Assembly (NCBI GenBank): GCA_018238155.1
Contig: JABCTZ010000032.1
Coordinates: 128,001 to 192,000 of the forward strand
Source of the DNA: Candidatus Heimdallarchaeota archaeon
GTDB taxonomy: Archaea; Asgardarchaeota; Heimdallarchaeia; JABLTI01
DNA length: 64,000 nt
Reading direction: 5' to 3'
The position numbers were made by a program, and so were the translations under genes. The first letter of the stretch is position 1; every line of letters starts with the position of its first letter. Below are positions 38,228 to 47,219 of this stretch, piece by piece. Below the pieces are notes generated by a model. It saw only the letters and a program-made list of their open reading frames with translations. It was not told the DNA's origin and made no database searches.

Positions 38228-39535
38228 GTGAAAAAAATGGCTAAATTATCAGATGAGATAATACAGAAGCTGAAAATGTTTTCAGGTTTTTATAGACTAT
38301 CTAGCAAGGAACGCTTACAGAAAATACAGAAAATAATACCAGAACTTAATGATGATGAAGTTTCTCTGTTATTGAATACTGGTTCTTTAGAATTGACTAT
38401 TATTAACAAGATGGTCGAAAATGCTGTTGGATCAATATCCGTTCCTTTTGGACTCGGAGTTAATTTTGTTATCAATAATAAAATATATGCTGTGCCAATG
38501 GCTGTTGAAGAACCTTCAGTAATTGCTGCTGCTAGTAGTGCTGCAAAGCTTACTCTAGAAACAGGTGGTTTTATCACTTCAGCAACTGAACAGATAATGA
38601 TGGGTCAAATTCAATTATTAGAGATTAAAAACCCAGAATTAGCGATATCTTTGATTTCTTCAAACAAAGACCAAATAATTGAAATTGCAAATTCTAATCA
38701 TCCTTCTTTAATTAGTCATGGTGGAGGAGTGAGAGATGTTAAAGGCAAAGTGCTTGAAACTCGAGTAGGAAAAATGGTTATTTGTGAGCTTTTTGTTGAT
38801 TGTTGTGATGCAATGGGTGCAAATGCTGTTAGTGCTATGGCAGAAGAAGTAGCACCATTTCTAGAAGATCTAACAGGAGGAAGAGCTTTATTACGAATAC
38901 TTTCAAATTTATCTGACCTTAGATTAGCTCGTGCATCATGTATAATTCCAAAAGAGAAATTAGGTGGAGAAACAACAGTAGATAATATTGTTGCCGCTTG
39001 TGCTTTTGCAGAAACAGATCCATATAGAGCTGCTACTCACAATAAAGGGATAATGAATGGAATCTCATCTGTTATCTTAGCAACCGCAAATGATACGCGT
39101 GCAATTGAAGCCGGTGCTCATGCATATGCAAGTATAACAGGTCATTATGGTTCTCTAACAAAATGGATTAAAAATGAAATGGGTGATCTTGAAGGCTCAA
39201 TAGAAGTACCCATGGCTGTTGGAATTGTGGGCGGTGCTACCAAAACTAATCCAATTGCAAAGATTGCGCTAAAAATTATGGCGATAAAAAGTGCAAAGGA
39301 ATTAGCTCAAGTTGCCGTAGCTGTAGGACTTGCACAGAACTTAGGTGCGTTACGGGCATTATCTACATCAGGTATAATTAAAGGCCATATGCGCTTACAT
39401 TCGAAGAATGTTGCTATTTCTGCCGGTGCTCAAGGAGAGCTAATTGACACAATTGCACAAAAAATGGTTGAAGAAAAAAATGTCAAATTCTCTCGAGCAA
39501 AAGAACTACTAGTTGAATTGGATGTCAAAAAATAA
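38228..39535 (+). CDS. mvaA: HMG-CoA reductase, class II
   Basis: EEPSVIAA, DAMGAN, ATHNKGIMNGI, GHMRLH. Confidence 0.93.
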   Translation: MKKMAKLSDEIIQKLKMFSGFYRLSSKERLQKIQKIIPELNDDEVSLLLNTGSLELTIINKMVENAVGSISVPFGLGVNFVINNKIYAVPMAVEEPSVIAAASSAAKLTLETGGFITSATEQIMMGQIQLLEIKNPELAISLISSNKDQIIEIANSNHPSLISHGGGVRDVKGKVLETRVGKMVICELFVDCCDAMGANAVSAMAEEVAPFLEDLTGGRALLRILSNLSDLRLARASCIIPKEKLGGETTVDNIVAACAFAETDPYRAATHNKGIMNGISSVILATANDTRAIEAGAHAYASITGHYGSLTKWIKNEMGDLEGSIEVPMAVGIVGGATKTNPIAKIALKIMAIKSAKELAQVAVAVGLAQNLGALRALSTSGIIKGHMRLHSKNVAISAGAQGELIDTIAQKMVEEKNVKFSRAKELLVELDVKK

Positions 39536-39669
39536 TTTCTAGAAGATGATTACAAAAAACATTTGATTACTGGTAGGTTTTCGACTTTAGTTTTTTTAAA
39601 TAGACAGAATCTACTGTTGGTATAGCTTAGGTAAGATACAATAACTCTAAGCGTTTGGTGTGAAAATAA

Positions 39670-41826
39670 ATGAAAAATTGGAGTAGAATTACTTTAACAT
39701 TTAGTTTGATGGCTCTAGTTTGTATTTCTTTAGCTCCTTCCTCTGTTTTCAGTTGGAAACAAGAAGCAAGCATTTATGCAAACAGACCCAACTTTACTAC
39801 TCATCAATGGTTAGCTTATGAATCAATTCAGCTCTCTCCATCAAGTTCAAGAATACAGTGGATTAGAAATAATCTCTTGGATTTCTGGCATGGTGTAGAA
39901 GCTCCTCATAATTCTGTAATGGCATCATCTTATGCTGTTTCAACAGACGATTATGGCGATATAAATGATTTAATTCTCTATCTTGATGGAAGCGGAACAA
40001 GTGTAACAAATAGCTCACTAGCTGACAGAGCTCAAGATGAATATGATAGTCTTGTAGCTGAACTCGCAAAAGATGAAATGGATGAAGCATTAGCAGCATT
40101 TCATGCAGGTGCGATGACTCATTATATTTCTCAAGCAGGTGTTTGGGGAGCAATTTGGAATGAAACCTTATGGGGTACATTACCAGCAGCAAACTGGACC
40201 TCTTTTGAAAATCAAATAGAAGCAGGTTTAGATGCAAGTAGATTTGATGCTGACCCTGAGGATTGGGTTAATAATCTCTTTACCCTCGCTCCAACAATAA
40301 TTACTCCTGTAAATGCCTATGATGCAGCCGTAGATTTAGCTCAAAATATTCATCCAGTAGCTCAAAGCTTAGGAGATGATTTTGAAAATGATTGGGCAGA
40401 AGTTGGCAATTGGACAACAGCTTACAAAGATGATGTCACAGATTGTTTAACATATTCAGTCGAAGCAATTTATGCTGCTTTAGATCATGCAATGATTTCA
40501 GTTCACTGGAATGGAATCTCTATGAACGATCCAGTGTATACTTATGATAATGAAACAGGTCTTTTTGAAATACCTGAATTTACAGTTACATTTGCAAATG
40601 AAACTGGTAAATACAATTTAACATCTGCAGATGCTGAACTTGCTGAATTTAGACTAATTATTTATCCAGAAAAAGCTTGGGAAGATCCAATTCTTTCTCC
40701 TGAACGTGAGGATTTACAATTCAATGCTGGTACACAGAAATGGTATCATGATGAATATTTGGTGAAAGGAACATCAGCAAACTTGGAACATACAGTTCTC
40801 TATACATTCAAGATGAATCAATCATCTTTAACATGGAGTAATGATTCAGCAATAAAATTCAATGTTGAATATTTCAATATCAATTTGACCAGTATCGTTA
40901 CTTCTTACAATGAAACTTCTAGAAGCGTAAGTATAACTCAGGTAGTTATGGATATATATGAGATTCCTGAAGTTAGGGAATTAGATCCCTCTGAAGTTTC
41001 ATCTGCTCGATGGTATCTCTATACTAAAGGTGAAGGTTCTCAAGTTAGTGAAGCTATCGGAGTTCCTGCTCATGATACAGAAGGAAGACAACCAAATGGT
41101 AATTTAACCTATAATGCTCTCGATGAGTATTGGTATTCACTTGATAATGATATTGGATTGGTCTTTACCGCTGTTTTAGTGCAGTTTTATGTTGTCGTTC
41201 AATTTGAAGTCACTGGTCTTCCTGTAGGATATGAAAAATCGGGCAATTTTGTAGCCGGATGTTTTGCTCAAGACAATGATTACTGGTTTGCAACAAGGGA
41301 TCATCAAATAACCATTTCTGTACCTGAAGTTGTTTTTAACCAAGAGACAAACCTCTTCAGTGTTTACAACATTACTGCCTATTCGGATTACAATAACACA
41401 ATGCTTGGTATCTATGAATTAGCGAATAAAACCATACATGGTCAGGATATTCGGTCATATACTTGGAAAGTGTTCTTGCATGACGGTATTTCTTCAAGTA
41501 TAACTGGTAAGCTTAATTGGAGCAGTGAGCATAATTATTGGTACGTAGAGGATGTTGATGTTTCTTCTTTACCTGATAACAGATATTATCTCTCTGCTAA
41601 ATTAATTAACATGAATGTTAACGTAACCACTTCCCCATGGGGACCACCTTCAAATATTTTCAAAATAAAAAGACCAATGCCGATAATTTATTGGATTCTA
41701 CCTGAATTATTTGTTGTAGGATTTGTAGTGTTATTTGGTTGGTTAGCATGGTGGCGACCAAGACAAAAGAGAATACAAATTGAACTTGAACGTTCACAAA
41801 AAATCGACAAGGGTTTCATGGATTAG
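39670..41826 (+). CDS. Large surface protein with N-terminal Zn-dependent phospholipase C/nuclease P1-like domain and C-terminal TM
   Basis: Signal peptide then W...TTHQWLA, G...HYIS; many N-x-S/T sequons; TM plus basic tail. Confidence 0.6.
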   Translation: MKNWSRITLTFSLMALVCISLAPSSVFSWKQEASIYANRPNFTTHQWLAYESIQLSPSSSRIQWIRNNLLDFWHGVEAPHNSVMASSYAVSTDDYGDINDLILYLDGSGTSVTNSSLADRAQDEYDSLVAELAKDEMDEALAAFHAGAMTHYISQAGVWGAIWNETLWGTLPAANWTSFENQIEAGLDASRFDADPEDWVNNLFTLAPTIITPVNAYDAAVDLAQNIHPVAQSLGDDFENDWAEVGNWTTAYKDDVTDCLTYSVEAIYAALDHAMISVHWNGISMNDPVYTYDNETGLFEIPEFTVTFANETGKYNLTSADAELAEFRLIIYPEKAWEDPILSPEREDLQFNAGTQKWYHDEYLVKGTSANLEHTVLYTFKMNQSSLTWSNDSAIKFNVEYFNINLTSIVTSYNETSRSVSITQVVMDIYEIPEVRELDPSEVSSARWYLYTKGEGSQVSEAIGVPAHDTEGRQPNGNLTYNALDEYWYSLDNDIGLVFTAVLVQFYVVVQFEVTGLPVGYEKSGNFVAGCFAQDNDYWFATRDHQITISVPEVVFNQETNLFSVYNITAYSDYNNTMLGIYELANKTIHGQDIRSYTWKVFLHDGISSSITGKLNWSSEHNYWYVEDVDVSSLPDNRYYLSAKLINMNVNVTTSPWGPPSNIFKIKRPMPIIYWILPELFVVGFVVLFGWLAWWRPRQKRIQIELERSQKIDKGFMD

Positions 41827-41980
41827 AAACCTTTTCTTTTTCCTTTTTTCTTAATTAAACAACAAAATGTTCTTTTTTTTTAAAGATACTGGAGAACTAA
41901 TACAAAGAATTATTTTAGTAATCGTGTTTTATAATACTAATTACATTATCTAGAGAAATTCTAATTGATAAGGTGATACT

Positions 41981-43765
41981 TTGCTTAAATGGATAAGAAG
42001 ACCTGGAAGAATAAATTTAGTTTATTTTATGCTTATAATTATAACTATGACTACTGTGGCATCTGCAGCTACTGTTCAAGCAGCTACGAATCAATATTTC
42101 TTTCGAATTGACATATTAAGCCAAAGTGATCTACCTACTAAGAATATTGCTAATCTCCTAGCTCAAGAATTAGCTAGGATAAGAATTGATTCAATAATAA
42201 ATTCTAACCCTGCAGGTGCTTTTACAGCTGAGCTTGTATCTCGAAATTTTGATATTGTTTTCAGTGAATTCAAGTGGCCTAATTTTGATGTAGATCCTTC
42301 TGTTTACTTCTCCGAAAGAAGCTCAGGTAATTATTGGGGCTTAGATAGTGAAATGACTGGTGGGGCGTTAAACGAAGAGTTACTTCAATCTGGATTAACA
42401 GAAACTAATCTGGTTGCACGAGAAAATATCTACCATCAATGGCAAGAAAATTTTGTGAATGAGCTTTTGCCTGTAATCCCTTGTTATTCATCTGTAGAAA
42501 CATATGCTTCTTGGGATACTTTGACTGGATGGAATCATGATGAAGGTATCGTTGCATCTTTGCCATATATGGATTGGTCTTCCCCTCATTACGGTCAAAT
42601 AAATGATAGTGTTTTCGTTGATTATTTGGATGATTGGAATAGCCTTAATCCTTTATTCGTAGAAGATGATTTTGTTATTTCTTTAATTGCTGAACCTTTA
42701 TTTAGAGTTGATTATGATAATAATCCAGTTCCAGTTCTTGCTACTGGTTGGGAATTCTCAGAAAATGATACTGTCTTAATAATTTCTCTGCGAGAAAATG
42801 TTTTATGGCAACCTGATAAAGATAATCTTTTTACTAGCGAGTACTTTGACGCAGATGATGTTTTATTTTCAATTTTAGCATATCAAGAAATTTCATTAAA
42901 AGGTTCTTATTTTAATTGGATAGAATCTGTTGAAAAAATAAATAATACCGCAGTGAAGATAACCATTGATGGAGATAAGGATGCTGTCAATAGGCAACCA
43001 TTTGCTCCTGCATTAGTATCTCTGAATAACCTTATTCTACCAGAGCATTATTTGAATGTAAGTGTAATAGATGGATTACCAAATACTTCTAGCTCTGAGT
43101 GGGTGGATTTTAGTCTTTTTGGAATGGGAACTGGCATGTATCATTTTGTTCCAGGGCTATATCACGAAGGTGTTCAAGCAGTTTTATATTCCAATGATGA
43201 TTGGTGGGGTTCAACTTTAAATATTGAACAGTACACTTTCAGATTCCTTTCTACATTAAACACAATTCAGCTAGAATTTCAAGGTGGAAAATTAGATATA
43301 TACAAAGAATATCGAGAAACTGACACCAACTTTGATGTTTCTCCATATCTAAAGAAGACTCGTAATAGTTTTGATATGACCTATATTGGTTTTAACTTAA
43401 AATCATCTTCTTGTTCCGAGATAGGTGATCAAACATTGACAGAAGATGGAACAATGTCAAAAGGGCTTGCTGTAAGGAAAGCAATTGCTTCTTTACTCAA
43501 TAAGAATGATTTTGATGATAAGCTTGAAATCGAATTGATGCTAACTGATTCGCCGTTATCAGTTAGATTTGGTTCTTTTGTTAAATCAGACATAACTACC
43601 TATGAAACAAATTTAGAAAAAGCAAAGGAGTATATGTTAAAAGCCGGCTTTGATCCTGATACAATGACTGCTCCAAGTTTTACTATAATTTCATCAATAA
43701 TGTCTATTTTCATTTTAACAGTTATAGTTAGTCTCAATACAAGAAAAAACAATAAGAAGAGCTAA
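41981..43765 (+). CDS. ABC solute-binding protein family 5 (Opp/Dpp-like), permuted domain order, C-terminal anchor
   Basis: SLNPL, EPL, LATGW, LRENVLW, ADDVLFS, GTGMY, VRKAIA, NLEKAKEYMLKAGF. Confidence 0.85.
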   Translation: MLKWIRRPGRINLVYFMLIIITMTTVASAATVQAATNQYFFRIDILSQSDLPTKNIANLLAQELARIRIDSIINSNPAGAFTAELVSRNFDIVFSEFKWPNFDVDPSVYFSERSSGNYWGLDSEMTGGALNEELLQSGLTETNLVARENIYHQWQENFVNELLPVIPCYSSVETYASWDTLTGWNHDEGIVASLPYMDWSSPHYGQINDSVFVDYLDDWNSLNPLFVEDDFVISLIAEPLFRVDYDNNPVPVLATGWEFSENDTVLIISLRENVLWQPDKDNLFTSEYFDADDVLFSILAYQEISLKGSYFNWIESVEKINNTAVKITIDGDKDAVNRQPFAPALVSLNNLILPEHYLNVSVIDGLPNTSSSEWVDFSLFGMGTGMYHFVPGLYHEGVQAVLYSNDDWWGSTLNIEQYTFRFLSTLNTIQLEFQGGKLDIYKEYRETDTNFDVSPYLKKTRNSFDMTYIGFNLKSSSCSEIGDQTLTEDGTMSKGLAVRKAIASLLNKNDFDDKLEIELMLTDSPLSVRFGSFVKSDITTYETNLEKAKEYMLKAGFDPDTMTAPSFTIISSIMSIFILTVIVSLNTRKNNKKS

Positions 43766-43928
43766 TAAATCATTAGCTCAACAACTTTTTTTTTACTTTA
43801 TCTCTGAATTTTCGCTCAAGTAAATTTTTAATCTAAAAAGGATTATTTTTACTAGAAAGTAAAAAGCTTGATAAACAACATTCTTTCAATAAATAAATAG
43901 AAACTAATCAAATGGAGTCAATTGAATT

Positions 43929-44300
43929 TTGTCTACAAAATTTTTAACAAATGAAGAAATAGAAGAGAAAATAAGATTATTTCTTTCTGAACATAGTTAC
44001 CAATTCAACGAGAAAGTTATTGTACAAAAGAGATTAAAAGCAGTAGATTTCGAAGTAATAACATCTGATTCTAAAGTAGCCATTCTTTTATTTCTTTGGA
44101 ATCGCTCTGTTCCATATGATAAGGTATACTATGCTGAAGAATATATGAACAAGTATGAATACGATAAAGTGATTTTAGTAAGTAGACAAATGAGCCCAAG
44201 AGCAAAGGAGATAATTAAAAAAGAGAAATTGCCAATTGAAATAATTTTCGAATCAGACTTTAGAACAATGAAAAGTAGTCCACTATTAGGAAAATTATAG
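43929..44300 (+). CDS. Mrr-like PD-(D/E)XK-fold domain, apparently inactive
   Basis: VDF...V....V...DKVILVS..MSPRAKE...IEII pattern; ExK absent. Confidence 0.55.
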   Translation: MSTKFLTNEEIEEKIRLFLSEHSYQFNEKVIVQKRLKAVDFEVITSDSKVAILLFLWNRSVPYDKVYYAEEYMNKYEYDKVILVSRQMSPRAKEIIKKEKLPIEIIFESDFRTMKSSPLLGKL

Positions 44301-44342
44301 TGAATGAAATAAGTAACAATATTTGTTTCTTTTTTTCTTTCA

Positions 44343-44651
44343 TTATTTCTTGGACGCAAGAAGCTCTTTTGCTAATTTTATTGGTATCCTGGGCCAAATT
44401 AGTTCTAATAATGCACCATCACATTTACTACATTTTACTTTTTTCTCAATGAAACCATCATCATAATATTCATATGAACTAGAAATCAATTTTTCACATA
44501 AAATATCAATATTGCATTTTTCACATCGAAAATATTTTTTAGGTTTTGCTATTTTTGGCGGCCAAGTGTATATTGAGCAAGATATACATTGTGAACGACC
44601 ATCACATTGTAAATGATTTCCTCGAACAGTCATATAATCAAATTCTTTCAA
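44343..44651 (-). CDS. Small zinc-finger protein
   Basis: Three CxxC pairs (CISC, CEKC, CSKC). Confidence 0.55.
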   Translation of the reverse strand: MKEFDYMTVRGNHLQCDGRSQCISCSIYTWPPKIAKPKKYFRCEKCNIDILCEKLISSSYEYYDDGFIEKKVKCSKCDGALLELIWPRIPIKLAKELLASKK

Positions 44652-44807
44652 AGTCTTGAGTATCTAATGTGCACAATCTTTAAACATCTTTTCGGTTACA
44701 GCGAAAATCAAAGCTCCATATGGAGTTTCTTAATAGAAAATTTACCTACTATTCTCTACTGAACCTATTTTAGAGCATTCTTCTTGAAGCTTATTTGATA
44801 CCTATTG

Positions 44808-45041
44808 TTAATCCTCATCGATTTTATCTTTATTAGAGGAAAGATACCAATCTAAATAGTCTTTATTTTTCTTTTTTTGTTCGTACTCTGGATCATCATC
44901 GCTTCGTTTTGAAGCGGCAAAATGTTCGCGCTTCATTTTATCAAACTGATAGCGATTAATAACTAAACCACAAGAGGTGCAAACATAATGTGGTGGATCC
45001 GTTTCCATTTTACCTTTACAACTTGGGCATCTGGGCGCCAT
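44808..45041 (-). CDS. Small zinc-ribbon protein
   Basis: CPSC...CTSCG, YLDWYL; AGGAG RBS upstream. Confidence 0.75.
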   Translation of the reverse strand: MAPRCPSCKGKMETDPPHYVCTSCGLVINRYQFDKMKREHFAASKRSDDDPEYEQKKKNKDYLDWYLSSNKDKIDED

Positions 45042-45175
45042 TTTTTATTACTCCTTTCTAAGTTGATTCTTCTAATATAAATTGGTTTTTTAAATGGTTA
45101 CTTCATTATTAATAATACTACCATTCAACAAAAAAGAGTTTTGATACAACACAATGAATTGAAATTATTATTGCT

Positions 45176-45607
45176 TCATTTCACTTTCTTCACTTTTTGT
45201 TTTTGAATTAGCCTTATTTTTGGTTTTACAACATTGAGTAGAACGGTAATTTTCTCTTTTAGTTTCCAACAGATTTTATAAAATTCTTCTATATTTTCAA
45301 TACCTTCCAATCTATTAAACATATCAAGAGTCTCAAGAAAAGCTTGTCGTATTTTCCGTTCGGCTCTTACTTGTTTGAGTGTTTCCTTAAAGTCCTCTTT
45401 CCATTTCTGACCGAGTGTTTTATCCTCTAAATTATTTAATAACTTTAGAGTAGCAACGATAAATTCCACATCTGATCTCGCTTTCCAAATTGTATCATAG
45501 AATTTAGTGTATTCTTTAGGATCGAGTTTATCGTAAACCTTCTGAATACCTTTTCGAGCATTATCCAATTTTTGAACAATTTCTTCACTTAATGCCAAAA
45601 CATTCAC
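45176..45607 (-). CDS. Helical hypothetical protein
   Basis: ORF directly downstream of gatD. Confidence 0.65.
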   Translation of the reverse strand: MNVLALSEEIVQKLDNARKGIQKVYDKLDPKEYTKFYDTIWKARSDVEFIVATLKLLNNLEDKTLGQKWKEDFKETLKQVRAERKIRQAFLETLDMFNRLEGIENIEEFYKICWKLKEKITVLLNVVKPKIRLIQKQKVKKVK

Positions 45608-45653
45608 GCCAAAGACAATAATTATTTCTTTTTTTTGATTAGGAGTACTAAAA

Positions 45654-47045
45654 TTATTTCTCTTTTATTAGTAATTTGTCTAATCGTTTGTCAACTTTTC
45701 CTTGAAAAATTAAATAGTCATCAAATCTTTCTCGTTTTGTTATTTCACCGGCTAGATTTTTTTGCATTAACTCCTTTACAAAAGGAATTTCTTTAGTATG
45801 ACCAAGAACCCACATTGCTTTTACTAGTGCAACTTCTGGTAACATATTTGCTAGTGGAATAACACCTGCTTGTAATAATAACCTTCCAGTTTCATACACT
45901 TTCATTCCTACAAATCCCCACAAACATTGCGAGGTCATAAAAATGGGTATGTTCTCATCTTTTGCTCTCTCGATAGAATTTCTTTTGTTCCGATTGACAT
46001 GTCCTAAACCTGTTCCTGCGATAACAAGCCCATGATAACCATTGTCTATGTAATAATCAATTATTTCTGAATTCATTCCCGGATAGCTATAGAGAAGCCC
46101 AACTTTTCCATCGATTTTTGTATCGATTTCAAAATCATTTCGCTTTGGATTACGTTTATTATATTTTACTCCTGTTGGTATGATTTTTCCATTTTCTACT
46201 TTAGCTATTGGAGCTCCACCAATTGTCCGGAAAGCATCTCTTCTACTTGAATGCATTTTTCTAACTCTGGTACCTCGATGGAGTAAATTGTATGTATCAC
46301 CAGACATCCCATGCATACAAACCATTACCTCTGCAATATCTGAATGAACAGCCGCTTGCACACTACTGATCAAATTTAGTGCCGCATCACTTGAAGGGCG
46401 ATCACTACTTCTTTGTGACCCTACCAAAATAATCGGTCTATCAACATTTTTGATCATAAAAGAAAGTGCTGCAGCAGTATAATGAAGAGTATCTGTACCA
46501 TGAGCAATTATAATTCCTTCAGGATCAATCCTGTCAACGTAGTTAGCTATTTCATTTGCAATAGTAGACCAATTTGATGGGACAATGTTTTCACTTAAGA
46601 CTTGAAATAAAGAATGAGTTTCAAGATTAGAAATTGCTTTTAATTCCGGTATGGCATTAAATAACTCTTGAGGAGAGAAAGCAGGAATTACTGCTCCAGT
46701 TGAATAATCAAGTTTTGATGCTACCGTACCTCCTGTACCCAATAAAACCACTGTTGGTTTTTTCAAATCTTTTTCATTCACTTTAACCTGAATTTTAAAA
46801 TTAGGTTTTACTTGCTCAATAACCTCGATTTCTTGTATATTGTCTATTTTTATTCCAATATTATAACCATTTTCTAGTTTGATAACTAAATGTTGATCAT
46901 CATTATGTTCTCCTCTTGGTAGAAGAACTCCCTTAAAAATGCCTTTAGTTGATTTTAGTGTGACTTTTGCCCACACGCTGACTTTTCGCTTTTCAAGCCA
47001 TTCTGCTGCAATTCCATAATATCCGGTCTCAGATTCTTCAGGCAC
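45654..47045 (-). CDS. gatD: Glu-tRNA(Gln) amidotransferase subunit D
   Basis: KLENGYNIG, TGGTVAS, HGTDT, GSQRSSDRPSSD, RKMHSSRRDAF. Confidence 0.98.
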   Translation of the reverse strand: MPEESETGYYGIAAEWLEKRKVSVWAKVTLKSTKGIFKGVLLPRGEHNDDQHLVIKLENGYNIGIKIDNIQEIEVIEQVKPNFKIQVKVNEKDLKKPTVVLLGTGGTVASKLDYSTGAVIPAFSPQELFNAIPELKAISNLETHSLFQVLSENIVPSNWSTIANEIANYVDRIDPEGIIIAHGTDTLHYTAAALSFMIKNVDRPIILVGSQRSSDRPSSDAALNLISSVQAAVHSDIAEVMVCMHGMSGDTYNLLHRGTRVRKMHSSRRDAFRTIGGAPIAKVENGKIIPTGVKYNKRNPKRNDFEIDTKIDGKVGLLYSYPGMNSEIIDYYIDNGYHGLVIAGTGLGHVNRNKRNSIERAKDENIPIFMTSQCLWGFVGMKVYETGRLLLQAGVIPLANMLPEVALVKAMWVLGHTKEIPFVKELMQKNLAGEITKRERFDDYLIFQGKVDKRLDKLLIKEK

Positions 47046-47219
47046 TATTCATCCTCTCAAAGAGATTCGTTATATATTTTACATCAATTGAATAGATATG
47101 TGTTTCTTTAAATTTTTGATGAAAAACTGCTTAATAATTACTAACAAAGTTTTATATTCTTAATAAGAGAACGGTTTTAGATATCAAGTGAATTGTTCTA
47201 AATAATTGAGGTAAAAGAA

